64,000 nt of DNA, taken from sequence record MT478991.1; one strand, 5' to 3'. Below the pieces are notes generated by a model that saw only the letters and a program-made list of their open reading frames with translations, ran no database searches and was not told the DNA's origin. This stretch comes from Escherichia phage vB_EcoM_011D4. Both the position numbers and the translations under genes were made by a program. Shown here piece by piece: positions 48,426 through 56,796 of the stretch. Position 1 is the first letter of the stretch, and each line of letters begins with the position of its first letter.

Positions 48426-49595
48426 TTACCAATCAATCTTATCAGCCGGAATCAGTTTCTTATAATTCCGTAGATAGTAAGTTTTCATTGAATCCAGAAT
48501 ACGGTCATAATCAAGACCATCAAATGCAATCATCAGACACATGAAAATATATGCTTGTGCATCACCATGTTTACGTGATTCGATAGTCGCATTTGATGCA
48601 TATGTCTTTCTGTCTTCTCCCGCGTGTGCGTTATAAAATTCTGTTGCTGTCGTGAAGGCATTGCGAAGAATAGACCTGAATGCTTCCTCGAATAGCTCGA
48701 TTCGTTCCAGTGCTTCCGGTTCGCCTTCATATGCAGCACGCAAATCATCGGTTTCGCTTTCTACGACATAGTAGATCAGGTTATTAGGAAACATCGATGT
48801 GTTTTTAATGTTATGCACACCAATATACCATTCACTCTTCACCTTGAACATTTGACCGTCTTTAGTGCGTGCAACAATTCCTTCGATACCTTCTGCGGTC
48901 CGAACTTCATCAAGAATATTGCTAAACCGCGCTGAATCAACTTGTAACGCATTTACCAGATGAGGACGTAGGATTGCATCAGCGAATAGTATTTGATGCG
49001 GTACATACTCTCCTGTGACGTTATGGCGTACATTCAGAAGTGTTAGCGACGGTTCAGAATATTCTACAACAATTCGGTTGCTTGGTGCTGTATATTCAAA
49101 GTTGAAAGTATAATCAGACCCAATATCAGAGATCTTAGCGCGTAGATCTGCATACTTCTCTGAATACAGAAGACCGTTTGCTCTCTCTGCCTGGCTTGAG
49201 TACAAGGCCGCTTTAGACTTCAACTGAACATAGCCGTTATCAATGTATGTGCTTACTAGACTACCGTCCATTTTGTCCATGACCATTTCCACATCTTCCG
49301 GCTTAAAGCGAGCGCGATCATTCTCACCCAAATTAAAAAACTTCTCCATAGGACGAGATGCGATGCGGACCGGACGACCTTTATCGTCAATTTCAAACAT
49401 GATCCCGCGACACTCTAACGCATCTGGTTTATTCCACATTTCCGGTTTGCTCAAGTACAGATAACTAAAAATGCGCATACGGGTTTGCATCGCCGTAATT
49501 TCATCTTTGTAATAGAACGTATCAGATCCGTCACATAGTGCCATAAGATTTTTGAACAATGCTAAAACTTTTTTGTTGTTTTCTTTTGTTGACAT
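48426..49595 (-). CDS. rnlA: RNA ligase 1
   Basis: 389 aa; lysine-adenylation motif MDKMDGSL; PDALECRGIMFE and RIASRPMEKFFNL match T4 RnlA. Confidence 0.92.
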   Translation of the reverse strand: MSTKENNKKVLALFKNLMALCDGSDTFYYKDEITAMQTRMRIFSYLYLSKPEMWNKPDALECRGIMFEIDDKGRPVRIASRPMEKFFNLGENDRARFKPEDVEMVMDKMDGSLVSTYIDNGYVQLKSKAALYSSQAERANGLLYSEKYADLRAKISDIGSDYTFNFEYTAPSNRIVVEYSEPSLTLLNVRHNVTGEYVPHQILFADAILRPHLVNALQVDSARFSNILDEVRTAEGIEGIVARTKDGQMFKVKSEWYIGVHNIKNTSMFPNNLIYYVVESETDDLRAAYEGEPEALERIELFEEAFRSILRNAFTTATEFYNAHAGEDRKTYASNATIESRKHGDAQAYIFMCLMIAFDGLDYDRILDSMKTYYLRNYKKLIPADKIDW

Positions 49596-49992
49596 AATTT
49601 GTGTTCCATTCTGGTTTAAATTTGGTGATCAAAACAGGTTCTTCGATATCGGCAGTGCTTATAATATCCTTACCCGTTGGATTCTCGATGTACAACTCAA
49701 AGCACTGGCGGTAATAGAATGTTACTGTCTTACCTTCCTCTAGCGCCTTATGAATATTCTTACTCTTTCGAGTATCCGCCGTTGGTGTTTGTCTGTTAAT
49801 GCTCGTCCGGTAATAATTGATCCGCTTTCTGAGATTAACAGTCTGACCAATGTATACCAGTTCACCATCAACCGCAATAGCGTAAAGAACATTTAAACGG
49901 TTCTTCTGAGGCGGTAAAATCACATCACCATCTTTACACTCTAAACATGAATATTTAACGAATCCATAGTTTTCTATTAGCTCATTAATCAT
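49531..49992 (-). CDS. denA: endonuclease II (GIY-YIG)
   Basis: 153 aa; NVLYAIAVDGELVYIGQTVNLRKRINYYRTSINR nearly identical to the T4 DenA core. Confidence 0.9.
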   Translation of the reverse strand: MINELIENYGFVKYSCLECKDGDVILPPQKNRLNVLYAIAVDGELVYIGQTVNLRKRINYYRTSINRQTPTADTRKSKNIHKALEEGKTVTFYYRQCFELYIENPTGKDIISTADIEEPVLITKFKPEWNTNYVNKRKQQKSFSIVQKSYGTM

Positions 49993-50017
49993 TATCCTTT
50001 CCTCACGTCACAACAAA

Positions 50018-50035
50018 GGCGGGATTTCTCCCGCC
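50018..50035 (-). terminator. terminator-like hairpin (minus strand)
   Basis: Minus strand GGCGGGAGAAATCCCGCC + TTTGTT. Confidence 0.45.
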
Positions 50036-50042
50036 CACCTTA

Positions 50043-50441
50043 TTAACTTTCCAGAATATCGCGAGCTTCGTTACGCTCCTTGATGATTTTCAGGATAAAT
50101 TCCAGTTTTTCTTTGTTCAGTGTCCCGTTTTCCATTGCCTCTTTGACGGTGAACACTCCGCCACCTTGCCCGTATACAGTGACAGTGATTTCACCTAACA
50201 TCGTGGTATGAAAACCGCCAATTTTCGGTGATTCGAAAGAAACAATTACCTCGCGAACAGTATTACCGTCGTTGATTTCTGAGAGGGTAATGTCGTTTTT
50301 GTAGGCGGTTGCTTTAACCATACGGATCAGCATAGTCTGATCTGGGGAGATGGTCATTTTGTCCATTGCATGTTGCAATGCAGCGTAACCGAAAACTTTA
50401 ACGAAGTCCAGAACATCTTTGCGAGTTTGAAATTTAATCAT
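50043..50441 (-). CDS. hypothetical early protein
   Basis: 132-aa ORF behind promoter/leader. Confidence 0.5.
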   Translation of the reverse strand: MIKFQTRKDVLDFVKVFGYAALQHAMDKMTISPDQTMLIRMVKATAYKNDITLSEINDGNTVREVIVSFESPKIGGFHTTMLGEITVTVYGQGGGVFTVKEAMENGTLNKEKLEFILKIIKERNEARDILES

Positions 50442-50474
50442 CTTGATACTCCTTAGTTGTTTTGGTATGGGAGT

Positions 50475-50503
50475 ATCTTACTACTCCCGTGATATACTGT
50501 CAA
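50475..50503 (-). promoter_or_regulatory. early promoter with stem-loop (PeSL-like)
   Basis: Minus strand TTGACA then the same GGGAGTAGTAAGATACTCCC hairpin as at 40505. Confidence 0.5.
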
Positions 50504-50511
50504 CTGCTTTT

Positions 50512-50661
50512 TTATGCAACCGCAAACATCAACATTTGAACATTCTTGGCTGTATGGCTTTCAAAGTTCTGACATTCTTTGATAATGTCCTCTACTTTCT
50601 CGCCGGAGATCTCCGCGTAAGTTTCGATTGCCATTTTCAGTACCGCGTCAAAGTTGTTCAT
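50512..50661 (-). CDS. small hypothetical protein (49 aa)
   Basis: ATG after GGAGAATCAAA leader; not in ORF track. Confidence 0.35.
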   Translation of the reverse strand: MNNFDAVLKMAIETYAEISGEKVEDIIKECQNFESHTAKNVQMLMFAVA

Positions 50662-50699
50662 TTGATTCTCCTTAAAGTGTATTTCGTTTCGATGGGGGT

Positions 50700-50728
50700 A
50701 TATTACTACCCCCGTTTCATGCTGTCAA
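50700..50728 (-). promoter_or_regulatory. early promoter with stem-loop (PeSL-like)
   Basis: Minus strand TTGACA; GGGGGTA..TACCCCC hairpin covers the -10 region. Confidence 0.45.
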
Positions 50729-50947
50729 CTACTTTTTAATGACAAGTTCAAATTTTGCTACTTTGCGTCCGCGTTTATTGAAAGCCACCCACGGACGGTT
50801 TTCAATGTAGAACAACTCTTCACCTATAATGAATACTGGCTGATTGTAAAGGCGACCCATCAGGTCACGCTGGCGAATGGTAGTAGATTCGTATACTTCG
50901 CCTACTACAAAGTGTTTGCTGATAGAGTCGGTGCAAGTAAATTTCAT
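50729..50947 (-). CDS. hypothetical early protein
   Basis: Start at internal MKFTCTD after GGAGAATCAAA leader. Confidence 0.45.
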   Translation of the reverse strand: MKFTCTDSISKHFVVGEVYESTTIRQRDLMGRLYNQPVFIIGEELFYIENRPWVAFNKRGRKVAKFELVIKK

Positions 50948-50980
50948 TTTGATTCTCCTTTGTTTCGTTTCGATGGGAGT

Positions 50981-51009
50981 ATTATGCAATACTCCCTAAT
51001 GTGTGTCAA
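50981..51009 (-). promoter_or_regulatory. early promoter with stem-loop (PeSL-like)
   Basis: Minus strand TTGACA-N17-CATAAT; GGGAGTATT..AATACTCCC hairpin spans the -10. Confidence 0.6.
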
Positions 51010-51173
51010 CTGCCTTTTTGAAAGTTTTCTGCTTTTCTTAGGTGAAATTTCGAGGAATAAAAATTAAAGTCTTCCTCTTTCACGATACTAATTGACGTTG
51101 CAAGGTTTTCGTCCCAATGGTTGATGATATAGAGATTTCCTTCCGCTCTAAAATACCAACGTTGTTCTTTCAT
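51006..51173 (-). CDS. small hypothetical protein (55 aa)
   Basis: RBS GAGGTG 3 nt before ATG; not in ORF track. Confidence 0.35.
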   Translation of the reverse strand: MKEQRWYFRAEGNLYIINHWDENLATSISIVKEEDFNFYSSKFHLRKAENFQKGS

Positions 51174-51182
51174 GTTCACCTC

Positions 51183-51350
51183 TTAGCTAAACCAGATTTT
51201 ACCATCGTTAGATACTTCGCAGATCAGGCGATTGCGCCATGTGCAGAAGTAAACACGTCCGAATTTACCTTCACCTGCATCGTGCTCGAAAGTAACGCCT
51301 TTGTTTTTCTTAGCCATGTTGCAAGCCTGACGATAAGTTAAAGTTTTCAT
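51183..51350 (-). CDS. small hypothetical protein (55 aa)
   Basis: ATG after GGAGAATCAAA leader; not in ORF track. Confidence 0.4.
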   Translation of the reverse strand: MKTLTYRQACNMAKKNKGVTFEHDAGEGKFGRVYFCTWRNRLICEVSNDGKIWFS

Positions 51351-51383
51351 TTGATTCTCCTTAAAGTGTGTTTCGATGTGCGT

Positions 51384-51412
51384 ATTATGCTATGACAAGA
51401 TCCGATTGTCAA
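51384..51412 (-). promoter_or_regulatory. sigma70-type early promoter
   Basis: Minus strand TTGACA-N17-CATAAT. Confidence 0.6.
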
Positions 51413-51459
51413 CAGCCAATAACAAAAAAGTCGCCACTATGGGCGACTTTGAACAAACA

Positions 51460-51936
51460 TTAATCATGACCGTGATTTGCAATATCCGCTCGCGTCTTAT
51501 CTTTGTGATTTCCTACGTCAAAGACACGATAACCATTTTCACGCAAAACTTTAATCACTTCTGGGTTATCCTCAAAGACTCCGACAACTTCATCTTTATC
51601 AAAGGATTTAATTACCTCTAATTTGATGTGATAGTCTTTACGGGAATCGGTACGGCCTCTCATAAAGATTTTATCAAAACACACCCCGTTAGAAATTAAC
51701 CAATCAATTGTTTCCATGTAAGCATGTGAACTTCGTCCGGTGAGGATGTAAATCAAATGCCCGTTGTCGGAAAGAGCATTAATAACACGAATTACATCGT
51801 AAATGGGGGAATCTCCCCCACATGCCTTGTTATATTCGACCCATGACTCGACTTTATCAAGATTTTCGGTTGGCATCTTTGCTAGTCGATGTGTTGGATC
51901 TGTGATCGTAAAATCTAAATCGACAAAATATATCAT
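51460..51936 (-). CDS. HAD-superfamily phosphatase-like protein
   Basis: 158 aa; motif I FVDLDFT, motif II ILTGR, Lys and acidic motifs downstream; ATGA coupling to nrdB. Confidence 0.55.
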   Translation of the reverse strand: MIYFVDLDFTITDPTHRLAKMPTENLDKVESWVEYNKACGGDSPIYDVIRVINALSDNGHLIYILTGRSSHAYMETIDWLISNGVCFDKIFMRGRTDSRKDYHIKLEVIKSFDKDEVVGVFEDNPEVIKVLRENGYRVFDVGNHKDKTRADIANHGHD

Positions 51937-53093
51937 AGATATTTCCCGAATCGGTTGTAGTCATTGTCTGTTAAATCGGTATTAACCTGAGATACCAGAT
52001 ACATAATCTCTACTTCCTGCGCTGCATTCTGTACTTCGTCAGAGTTCAACCATTTACGCATCCACGGTAACGGATGACGACGAACACTAAACGGGCTTTT
52101 CAGTCCGGCAGCACGCATACGGGAATCTGCCAGGTATTCTACATAGGTTTTCAGAATTTCCGGTGACAGGTTAGGAATTGCCCCCATTGCGAATAGGTGG
52201 TCTACCCATTCTTTTTCTTGCTCGACAACATCCAGAAAGATTTTCGTTGCTTCGCCTTCAAGTTCTTCCGCAATCTGTTTCCACTCATCACCATCAACCC
52301 CCGTTTGCCATTGACGAATAATGTATTGTGTGCCTTTTAAGTGAAGTTGTTCATCACGCGCAATAAATTTCATGATCTTCGCGTTACCTTCCAGTAAACC
52401 ACGTTCGGCAAAGCTGAAAGTACATGCAAATGACACATAAAAACGAATTGCTTCCAGTGCATTTACGCAGTGTGCACACAGATAAATCGAAGCCATCAGA
52501 TCTCGTTTTGTGTCTTCAAAAAATCTTCTTGCATCATCTAATGCTGTCTGATCGTCTCGTTCTTCCCAATAGCGGAGTTCTTCTTTTGCATTCTCATACT
52601 TACGAATCCAATAAAGAACATCATCATAATATTGCCCGATAGATTCCGCTCGCTTCATGATAGCAGGGTTATCGATGATCTGGTCGAACTCACTAGCCGG
52701 ATCAATGAAACAGTTACGCATAATGTGTGTATAGCTTCGGCTATGAATCGTTTCGCTGAATGTCCATGTTTGCAACCATGTATCGAGAGTTGGATCAGAT
52801 ACAATTGGACCAAATGCTGCGGACGGTGCGCGACCTTGAATAGAATCAAGTAATGTCTGATACTTCAAGTTTTCAGTAAAGAAACGCTTTTCAACGTCAC
52901 CCATATTAAGATATTGAATGCGGTCGGTTGCAAGTGAAATTTCTTCGGGGCGCCAGAAAAATGACAATTGCTTTTCGATCAGTTCTTCAAATACTTGATG
53001 ACGCTGAATATCATAGCGAGCGATACCCAACCCACTACCCAGAAACATTGGTTCGTTCATAATATCAACATGTTCGCGGTTAAATACGCTCAT
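51933..53093 (-). CDS. nrdB: ribonucleotide reductase small subunit NrdB
   Basis: 386 aa; di-iron/tyrosyl radical R2 fold; T4 NrdB-like. Confidence 0.93.
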   Translation of the reverse strand: MSVFNREHVDIMNEPMFLGSGLGIARYDIQRHQVFEELIEKQLSFFWRPEEISLATDRIQYLNMGDVEKRFFTENLKYQTLLDSIQGRAPSAAFGPIVSDPTLDTWLQTWTFSETIHSRSYTHIMRNCFIDPASEFDQIIDNPAIMKRAESIGQYYDDVLYWIRKYENAKEELRYWEERDDQTALDDARRFFEDTKRDLMASIYLCAHCVNALEAIRFYVSFACTFSFAERGLLEGNAKIMKFIARDEQLHLKGTQYIIRQWQTGVDGDEWKQIAEELEGEATKIFLDVVEQEKEWVDHLFAMGAIPNLSPEILKTYVEYLADSRMRAAGLKSPFSVRRHPLPWMRKWLNSDEVQNAAQEVEIMYLVSQVNTDLTDNDYNRFGKYL

Positions 53094-53108
53094 TAATTCA
53101 CCTCACTA

Positions 53109-53276
53109 TCACTTTTTAACACAAAAGAACTTAGTATTTCTGTTAACTTCGCTATCCTGCTGCAATTCCTGCACAGCTTCAAAACAATTTTGATGTGATG
53201 AAAACTCTACGCTGGTAACAGTTCCTTTATTATATGATCCTACGCTAACGGAAAGCAATAACCATAATGTAGCCAT
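53109..53276 (-). CDS. small signal-peptide-like protein, tandem paralogue 1
   Basis: 55 aa MATLWLLLSVSVGS...; TAATG coupling; not in ORF track. Confidence 0.4.
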   Translation of the reverse strand: MATLWLLLSVSVGSYNKGTVTSVEFSSHQNCFEAVQELQQDSEVNRNTKFFCVKK

Positions 53277-53449
53277 TAGTTCACCTTTTGTTTTTCAACG
53301 CAATATAGATTCATAAAGCGTTTATTGTCTTCACGGATAATCTCGCGAGCTTTAACGCAATCCTGCTTTGTGGAAAATTCAATGCTTGACATATTTCCGT
53401 AATTATACATTGAATTGCTTATTGCAATCAATAACCATACAGTAGCCAT
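53276..53449 (-). CDS. small signal-peptide-like protein, tandem paralogue 2
   Basis: 57 aa MATVWLLIAISNS...; coupled to neighbours. Confidence 0.4.
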   Translation of the reverse strand: MATVWLLIAISNSMYNYGNMSSIEFSTKQDCVKAREIIREDNKRFMNLYCVEKQKVN

Positions 53450-53616
53450 TATCCGACAACCTCAAAACATTTATCATCAGGAAGAATAGCCCATTCTACG
53501 CCGTATTCATCCTTAACGTAGTAGCAAGTCCCATCATGTCGAGCATCATATTCATCACCGACAACAAAGCTATCAGCTAGTTCAAAATCTACAGCAACAC
53601 ATTTTAATTTGGTCAT
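53449..53616 (-). CDS. small hypothetical protein
   Basis: Start at internal MTKLKCVAV with RBS GAGGA; listed ORF start would overlap the promoter. Confidence 0.4.
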   Translation of the reverse strand: MTKLKCVAVDFELADSFVVGDEYDARHDGTCYYVKDEYGVEWAILPDDKCFEVVG

Positions 53617-53647
53617 AATAAAATCCTCACTTGTTTTTGATGGTTGT

Positions 53648-53676
53648 ATTATAGCGGGGATTTCTCCCCGCGTCAA
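53648..53676 (-). promoter_or_regulatory. early promoter with palindromic spacer (PeSL-like)
   Basis: Minus strand TTGACG-CGGGGAGAAATCCCCGC-TATAAT. Confidence 0.65.
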
Positions 53677-53684
53677 CACTTATT

Positions 53685-55928
53685 TTACAGCTTGCAAGAT
53701 GAGCACTCGCTAGCGTCTTCCGTACCATCAGCACCATCACGCACGTTAGCGTAATACAGGGTTTTCAGACCGTAATATTGAGCAAACAGCATATCATCTA
53801 ACACATCAGCAATATCGACTTTACCAGTCTTATAAGTGCTTGGATCATAGGATGTATTGGAACTAATCGCCTGATCTACAAACTTCTGCATGATCGCTGC
53901 CAGTGTCAGATAGGGCTTGTTACCTTTCTTGATCAGTGTCCAAAGCAGGTCAATAACATCAGCATTATTCTCTACGTTCGGAATAACCTGATTAAATTGC
54001 CCTTCTTTCGATCCTTTAACCGATACAATCCCGCGAGGCGGTTCAATACCATTTGTGCTGTTAGACACCTGAGAGGACGACTCACAAGGCATCAGCGCCG
54101 ACAGTGTACTGTTACGAATGCCATATTTTTTCAGGTCTTCGCGCAGTTCTTCCCAATCCATCTCATACACCGGATCAACCAGTTCATCTACTGTCTTTTT
54201 GTACCAGTCGATAGGAAGTTCACCGCGACCATAGCGTGTTTCGTGCATCAGTTCGCAAGCACCCTTCTCTTTAGCCAGTCGCACACTAGCCTTAATCAGA
54301 GCATATTGCAAGCGTTCAAACGTTTTATGCGTAAACTCGTTAGCGTCTTCATATGTGAAGAAATTATCTGCTAGATATGATGCAAAGTTAGTAACACCAA
54401 CACCCAGAGAGCGACGTTTTTTGGCTGTCAGAGCTTGTTCTACAGGATAATCCTGATAATCTAACAGGTTGTCAAGTGCACGCACCATAACCATAGCAAT
54501 GCGTTCTACTTCTTCCATATTTTCGATATCGAAATTACCTAAAACATATGCTGCCAAAGTACATAGGCTAATTTCTGAATCATCCCGACCCATCGGTTTA
54601 GTAGGCAGTGCAATTTCACAACACAGGTTAGATTGTTTAATCGGTGCTACATTACGAATAAACGCCCCATGATTGTTCATGTTGTCTGTGAACGTTGGGT
54701 AGATTCGACCAGTGTTAAAACGTTCAATTGCCACCGCTAAAAACAGGTCTTCGGCTTTAACACGAGTTTTACGAACACTCGGATCTTTTTCCAGTTTTTC
54801 GTAAAGCTGGCGGAAACCTTCCTCATCTCGGAAGTACAGATCCCACAACAAGCCACCCGCAACATCTGGACTAAACAGAGTAATGTAATCCCGTTTAAGG
54901 AATCGCTCTACCATCAGGTTATTAATCTGTACGCCGTAATCAAGATGACGAATGCGGTTATCTTCCACCCCCTTATTGTTCTTCAACACAATCAGACTTT
55001 CAAACTCTAAATGCCACATTGGGTAATAGAGAGTCGCCGCCCCGCCACGAATACCGCCTTGTGAGCATGACTTAACGGCAGTCTGAAAATGTTTCCAGAA
55101 TGGGATAACGCCAGTATGACGAACTTCACCATGCCCGATCTTAGATCCTTCCGCGCGAATCATACCAGCATTGATACCGATACCAGCACGCTTACTAATA
55201 TACTTGATGATTGCATTTGCTGTTTCGTTGATGCCCTGCAATGAGTCATCACTTTCAATAACCACACACGAACTAAATTGTCGTGTCGGGGTACGCACAC
55301 CCGCCATAATCGGAGTAGGCAGAGAGATTTGCTTATTCGCAACAGCATTATAAAAATCAATCACATGTTCAAGTCGATTTTCTGTCTCTTCTTGATGCAA
55401 GCACATACCGATCAGCATATACGCAAATTGCGGTGTTTCAATGATTTTCTTAGTGCTGCGATCCTGAACAAGATATTTCTCTTTTAACTGCATCGCACCA
55501 GCGTAGGTCATTTTAAAATCAAGTTTATGATCGATGAATTTCTCCAGATATTCCACTTCTTCGCGGGAATACTTTTGCAGAATTTCGCGATCATATTTTC
55601 CGGTTGCAATATTACGCTCAATATGGCTATAAAAATCAATCGGTTGGAATTGACCGTATACTGATTTACGAAGCGCGAACATTGCAAGGTTACTTGCTAC
55701 ATATTGATAATCAGGTGTTTCTACAGTAATGTTATCTGCGGCGACCTTAATCAATACTTTCTGGATATCATTGGTAGACATACCTTCTGTCAGAAGTGGT
55801 TCAACCATATCAAACAATTCATATGGATCAACGTTATGACCTTCGGCTGCCGCTTCCAGAATTTTCATTACTTTTTCTTTTTCAAACGGAACAGTCAGAC
55901 CGGAAGACTTAACAACATTTTTAATCAT
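53685..55928 (-). CDS. nrdA: ribonucleotide reductase large subunit NrdA
   Basis: 747 aa; N-terminal ATP-cone, C-terminal redox Cys pair CSSCKL; class Ia RNR. Confidence 0.95.
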   Translation of the reverse strand: MIKNVVKSSGLTVPFEKEKVMKILEAAAEGHNVDPYELFDMVEPLLTEGMSTNDIQKVLIKVAADNITVETPDYQYVASNLAMFALRKSVYGQFQPIDFYSHIERNIATGKYDREILQKYSREEVEYLEKFIDHKLDFKMTYAGAMQLKEKYLVQDRSTKKIIETPQFAYMLIGMCLHQEETENRLEHVIDFYNAVANKQISLPTPIMAGVRTPTRQFSSCVVIESDDSLQGINETANAIIKYISKRAGIGINAGMIRAEGSKIGHGEVRHTGVIPFWKHFQTAVKSCSQGGIRGGAATLYYPMWHLEFESLIVLKNNKGVEDNRIRHLDYGVQINNLMVERFLKRDYITLFSPDVAGGLLWDLYFRDEEGFRQLYEKLEKDPSVRKTRVKAEDLFLAVAIERFNTGRIYPTFTDNMNNHGAFIRNVAPIKQSNLCCEIALPTKPMGRDDSEISLCTLAAYVLGNFDIENMEEVERIAMVMVRALDNLLDYQDYPVEQALTAKKRRSLGVGVTNFASYLADNFFTYEDANEFTHKTFERLQYALIKASVRLAKEKGACELMHETRYGRGELPIDWYKKTVDELVDPVYEMDWEELREDLKKYGIRNSTLSALMPCESSSQVSNSTNGIEPPRGIVSVKGSKEGQFNQVIPNVENNADVIDLLWTLIKKGNKPYLTLAAIMQKFVDQAISSNTSYDPSTYKTGKVDIADVLDDMLFAQYYGLKTLYYANVRDGADGTEDASECSSCKL

Positions 55929-55975
55929 ATTACCTCACTTCATATTTTAGCAGGAACAAGTTTATCCTCCATATT

Positions 55976-55991
55976 GGGGGCTTTCGCCCCC
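55976..55991. repeat. hairpin GGGGGC-TTTC-GCCCCC, copy 1 of a direct repeat flanking the methyltransferase gene
   Basis: TGGGGGCTTTCGCCCCC(C)TTTGTT also at 56775-56796; core GGGGCTTTCGCCCC also at 43108-43121. Confidence 0.6.
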
Positions 55992-55996
55992 CTTTG

Positions 55997-56386
55997 TTAC
56001 AAGTCTAACGTATTTTGATGTATTCTGTCAACGGCAATTTGATAATATTTTTCGTCTTTCTCTATGCCGACAAAATTTCGATTTAAGTTTCGACACGCAA
56101 CACCAGTTGTTCCACTTCCCATAGTAAAATCCAGAACAGTTTCCCCCTCGTTGGTGTAAGTTTTTATCAGATATTCCATTAACTCTACTGGTTTCTGTGT
56201 TGGGTGCAATCCTCTTTCTTTACATCGACCGGAATAACTTACAATAGATTCTGGGCATTTGGTATCGTATGTTTTATTATTATAGCTTTGGTTTGTGACT
56301 AAAGGGATCGCCCCACTTTCATTTTTGTTGCTTCCTTTTTTAATTGGCTTGTCTCTTTTCGTCATTTGCGGATAATAAAGTGGCAT
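55997..56386 (-). CDS. DNA methyltransferase (N6-A/N4-C, beta class), C-terminal part after frameshift
   Basis: 129 aa; HPTQKPVEL and AdoMet motif FTMGSGTTG. Confidence 0.6.
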   Translation of the reverse strand: MPLYYPQMTKRDKPIKKGSNKNESGAIPLVTNQSYNNKTYDTKCPESIVSYSGRCKERGLHPTQKPVELMEYLIKTYTNEGETVLDFTMGSGTTGVACRNLNRNFVGIEKDEKYYQIAVDRIHQNTLDL

Positions 56387-56754
56387 TTTCCAGTTCTTGA
56401 AAATATGATAACATCTTCATGAATTTTTAACGGTTGTCGTTTTGCTTGAACAAAATTTGCCGCAAATTTTTTATCCCACACCCAAGAATAACAGAATCCG
56501 TTCATATTACTATGAATTAATGCCGTTGTGAATGGTTGAGACGCGGTCATGACAATGGCATTTTTAGGTTTAATTATTCTATTAATCGCCGCCCACATTT
56601 CAGTAAATGGTATAACACTATCCCATTTACACGCTGTTGTTCCATATGGAGGATCACAAAGAATTAAATCTACGCTTTCCGTTTCAATTTCTTTCATCAG
56701 TTCCAGACAATCCCCGTTCATCAACCAGATTTTGTCAGTTCTAACGTCATTCAT
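56362..56754 (-). CDS. DNA methyltransferase (N6-A/N4-C, beta class), N-terminal part before frameshift
   Basis: 130 aa; catalytic DPPY; overlaps the C-terminal ORF by 25 nt in another frame. Confidence 0.6.
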   Translation of the reverse strand: MNDVRTDKIWLMNGDCLELMKEIETESVDLILCDPPYGTTACKWDSVIPFTEMWAAINRIIKPKNAIVMTASQPFTTALIHSNMNGFCYSWVWDKKFAANFVQAKRQPLKIHEDVIIFSRTGKCHFIIRK

Positions 56755-56775
56755 GATATACTATTCCTCATAAAT

Positions 56776-56791
56776 GGGGGCTTTCGCCCCC
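56776..56791. repeat. hairpin GGGGGC-TTTC-GCCCCC, copy 2
   Basis: Identical to copy at 55976-55991. Confidence 0.6.
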
Positions 56792-56796
56792 TTTGT

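Noticed and set aside
48326-48544. 72-aa plus-strand ORF overlapping the i-spanin/rnlA junction, and other short plus-strand ORFs inside the minus-strand early region (37483-37818, 38701-39012, 40252-40717, 41027-41452)
   Set aside because: They lie antisense to promoter-led minus-strand genes and have no RBS or promoter of their own.
56362-56386. Programmed ribosomal frameshift joining the two methyltransferase halves
   Set aside because: No canonical slippery heptamer plus downstream structure could be confirmed; a homopolymer indel (mutation or sequencing error) is the simpler explanation, but it is reported as a finding because it cannot be settled from sequence alone.
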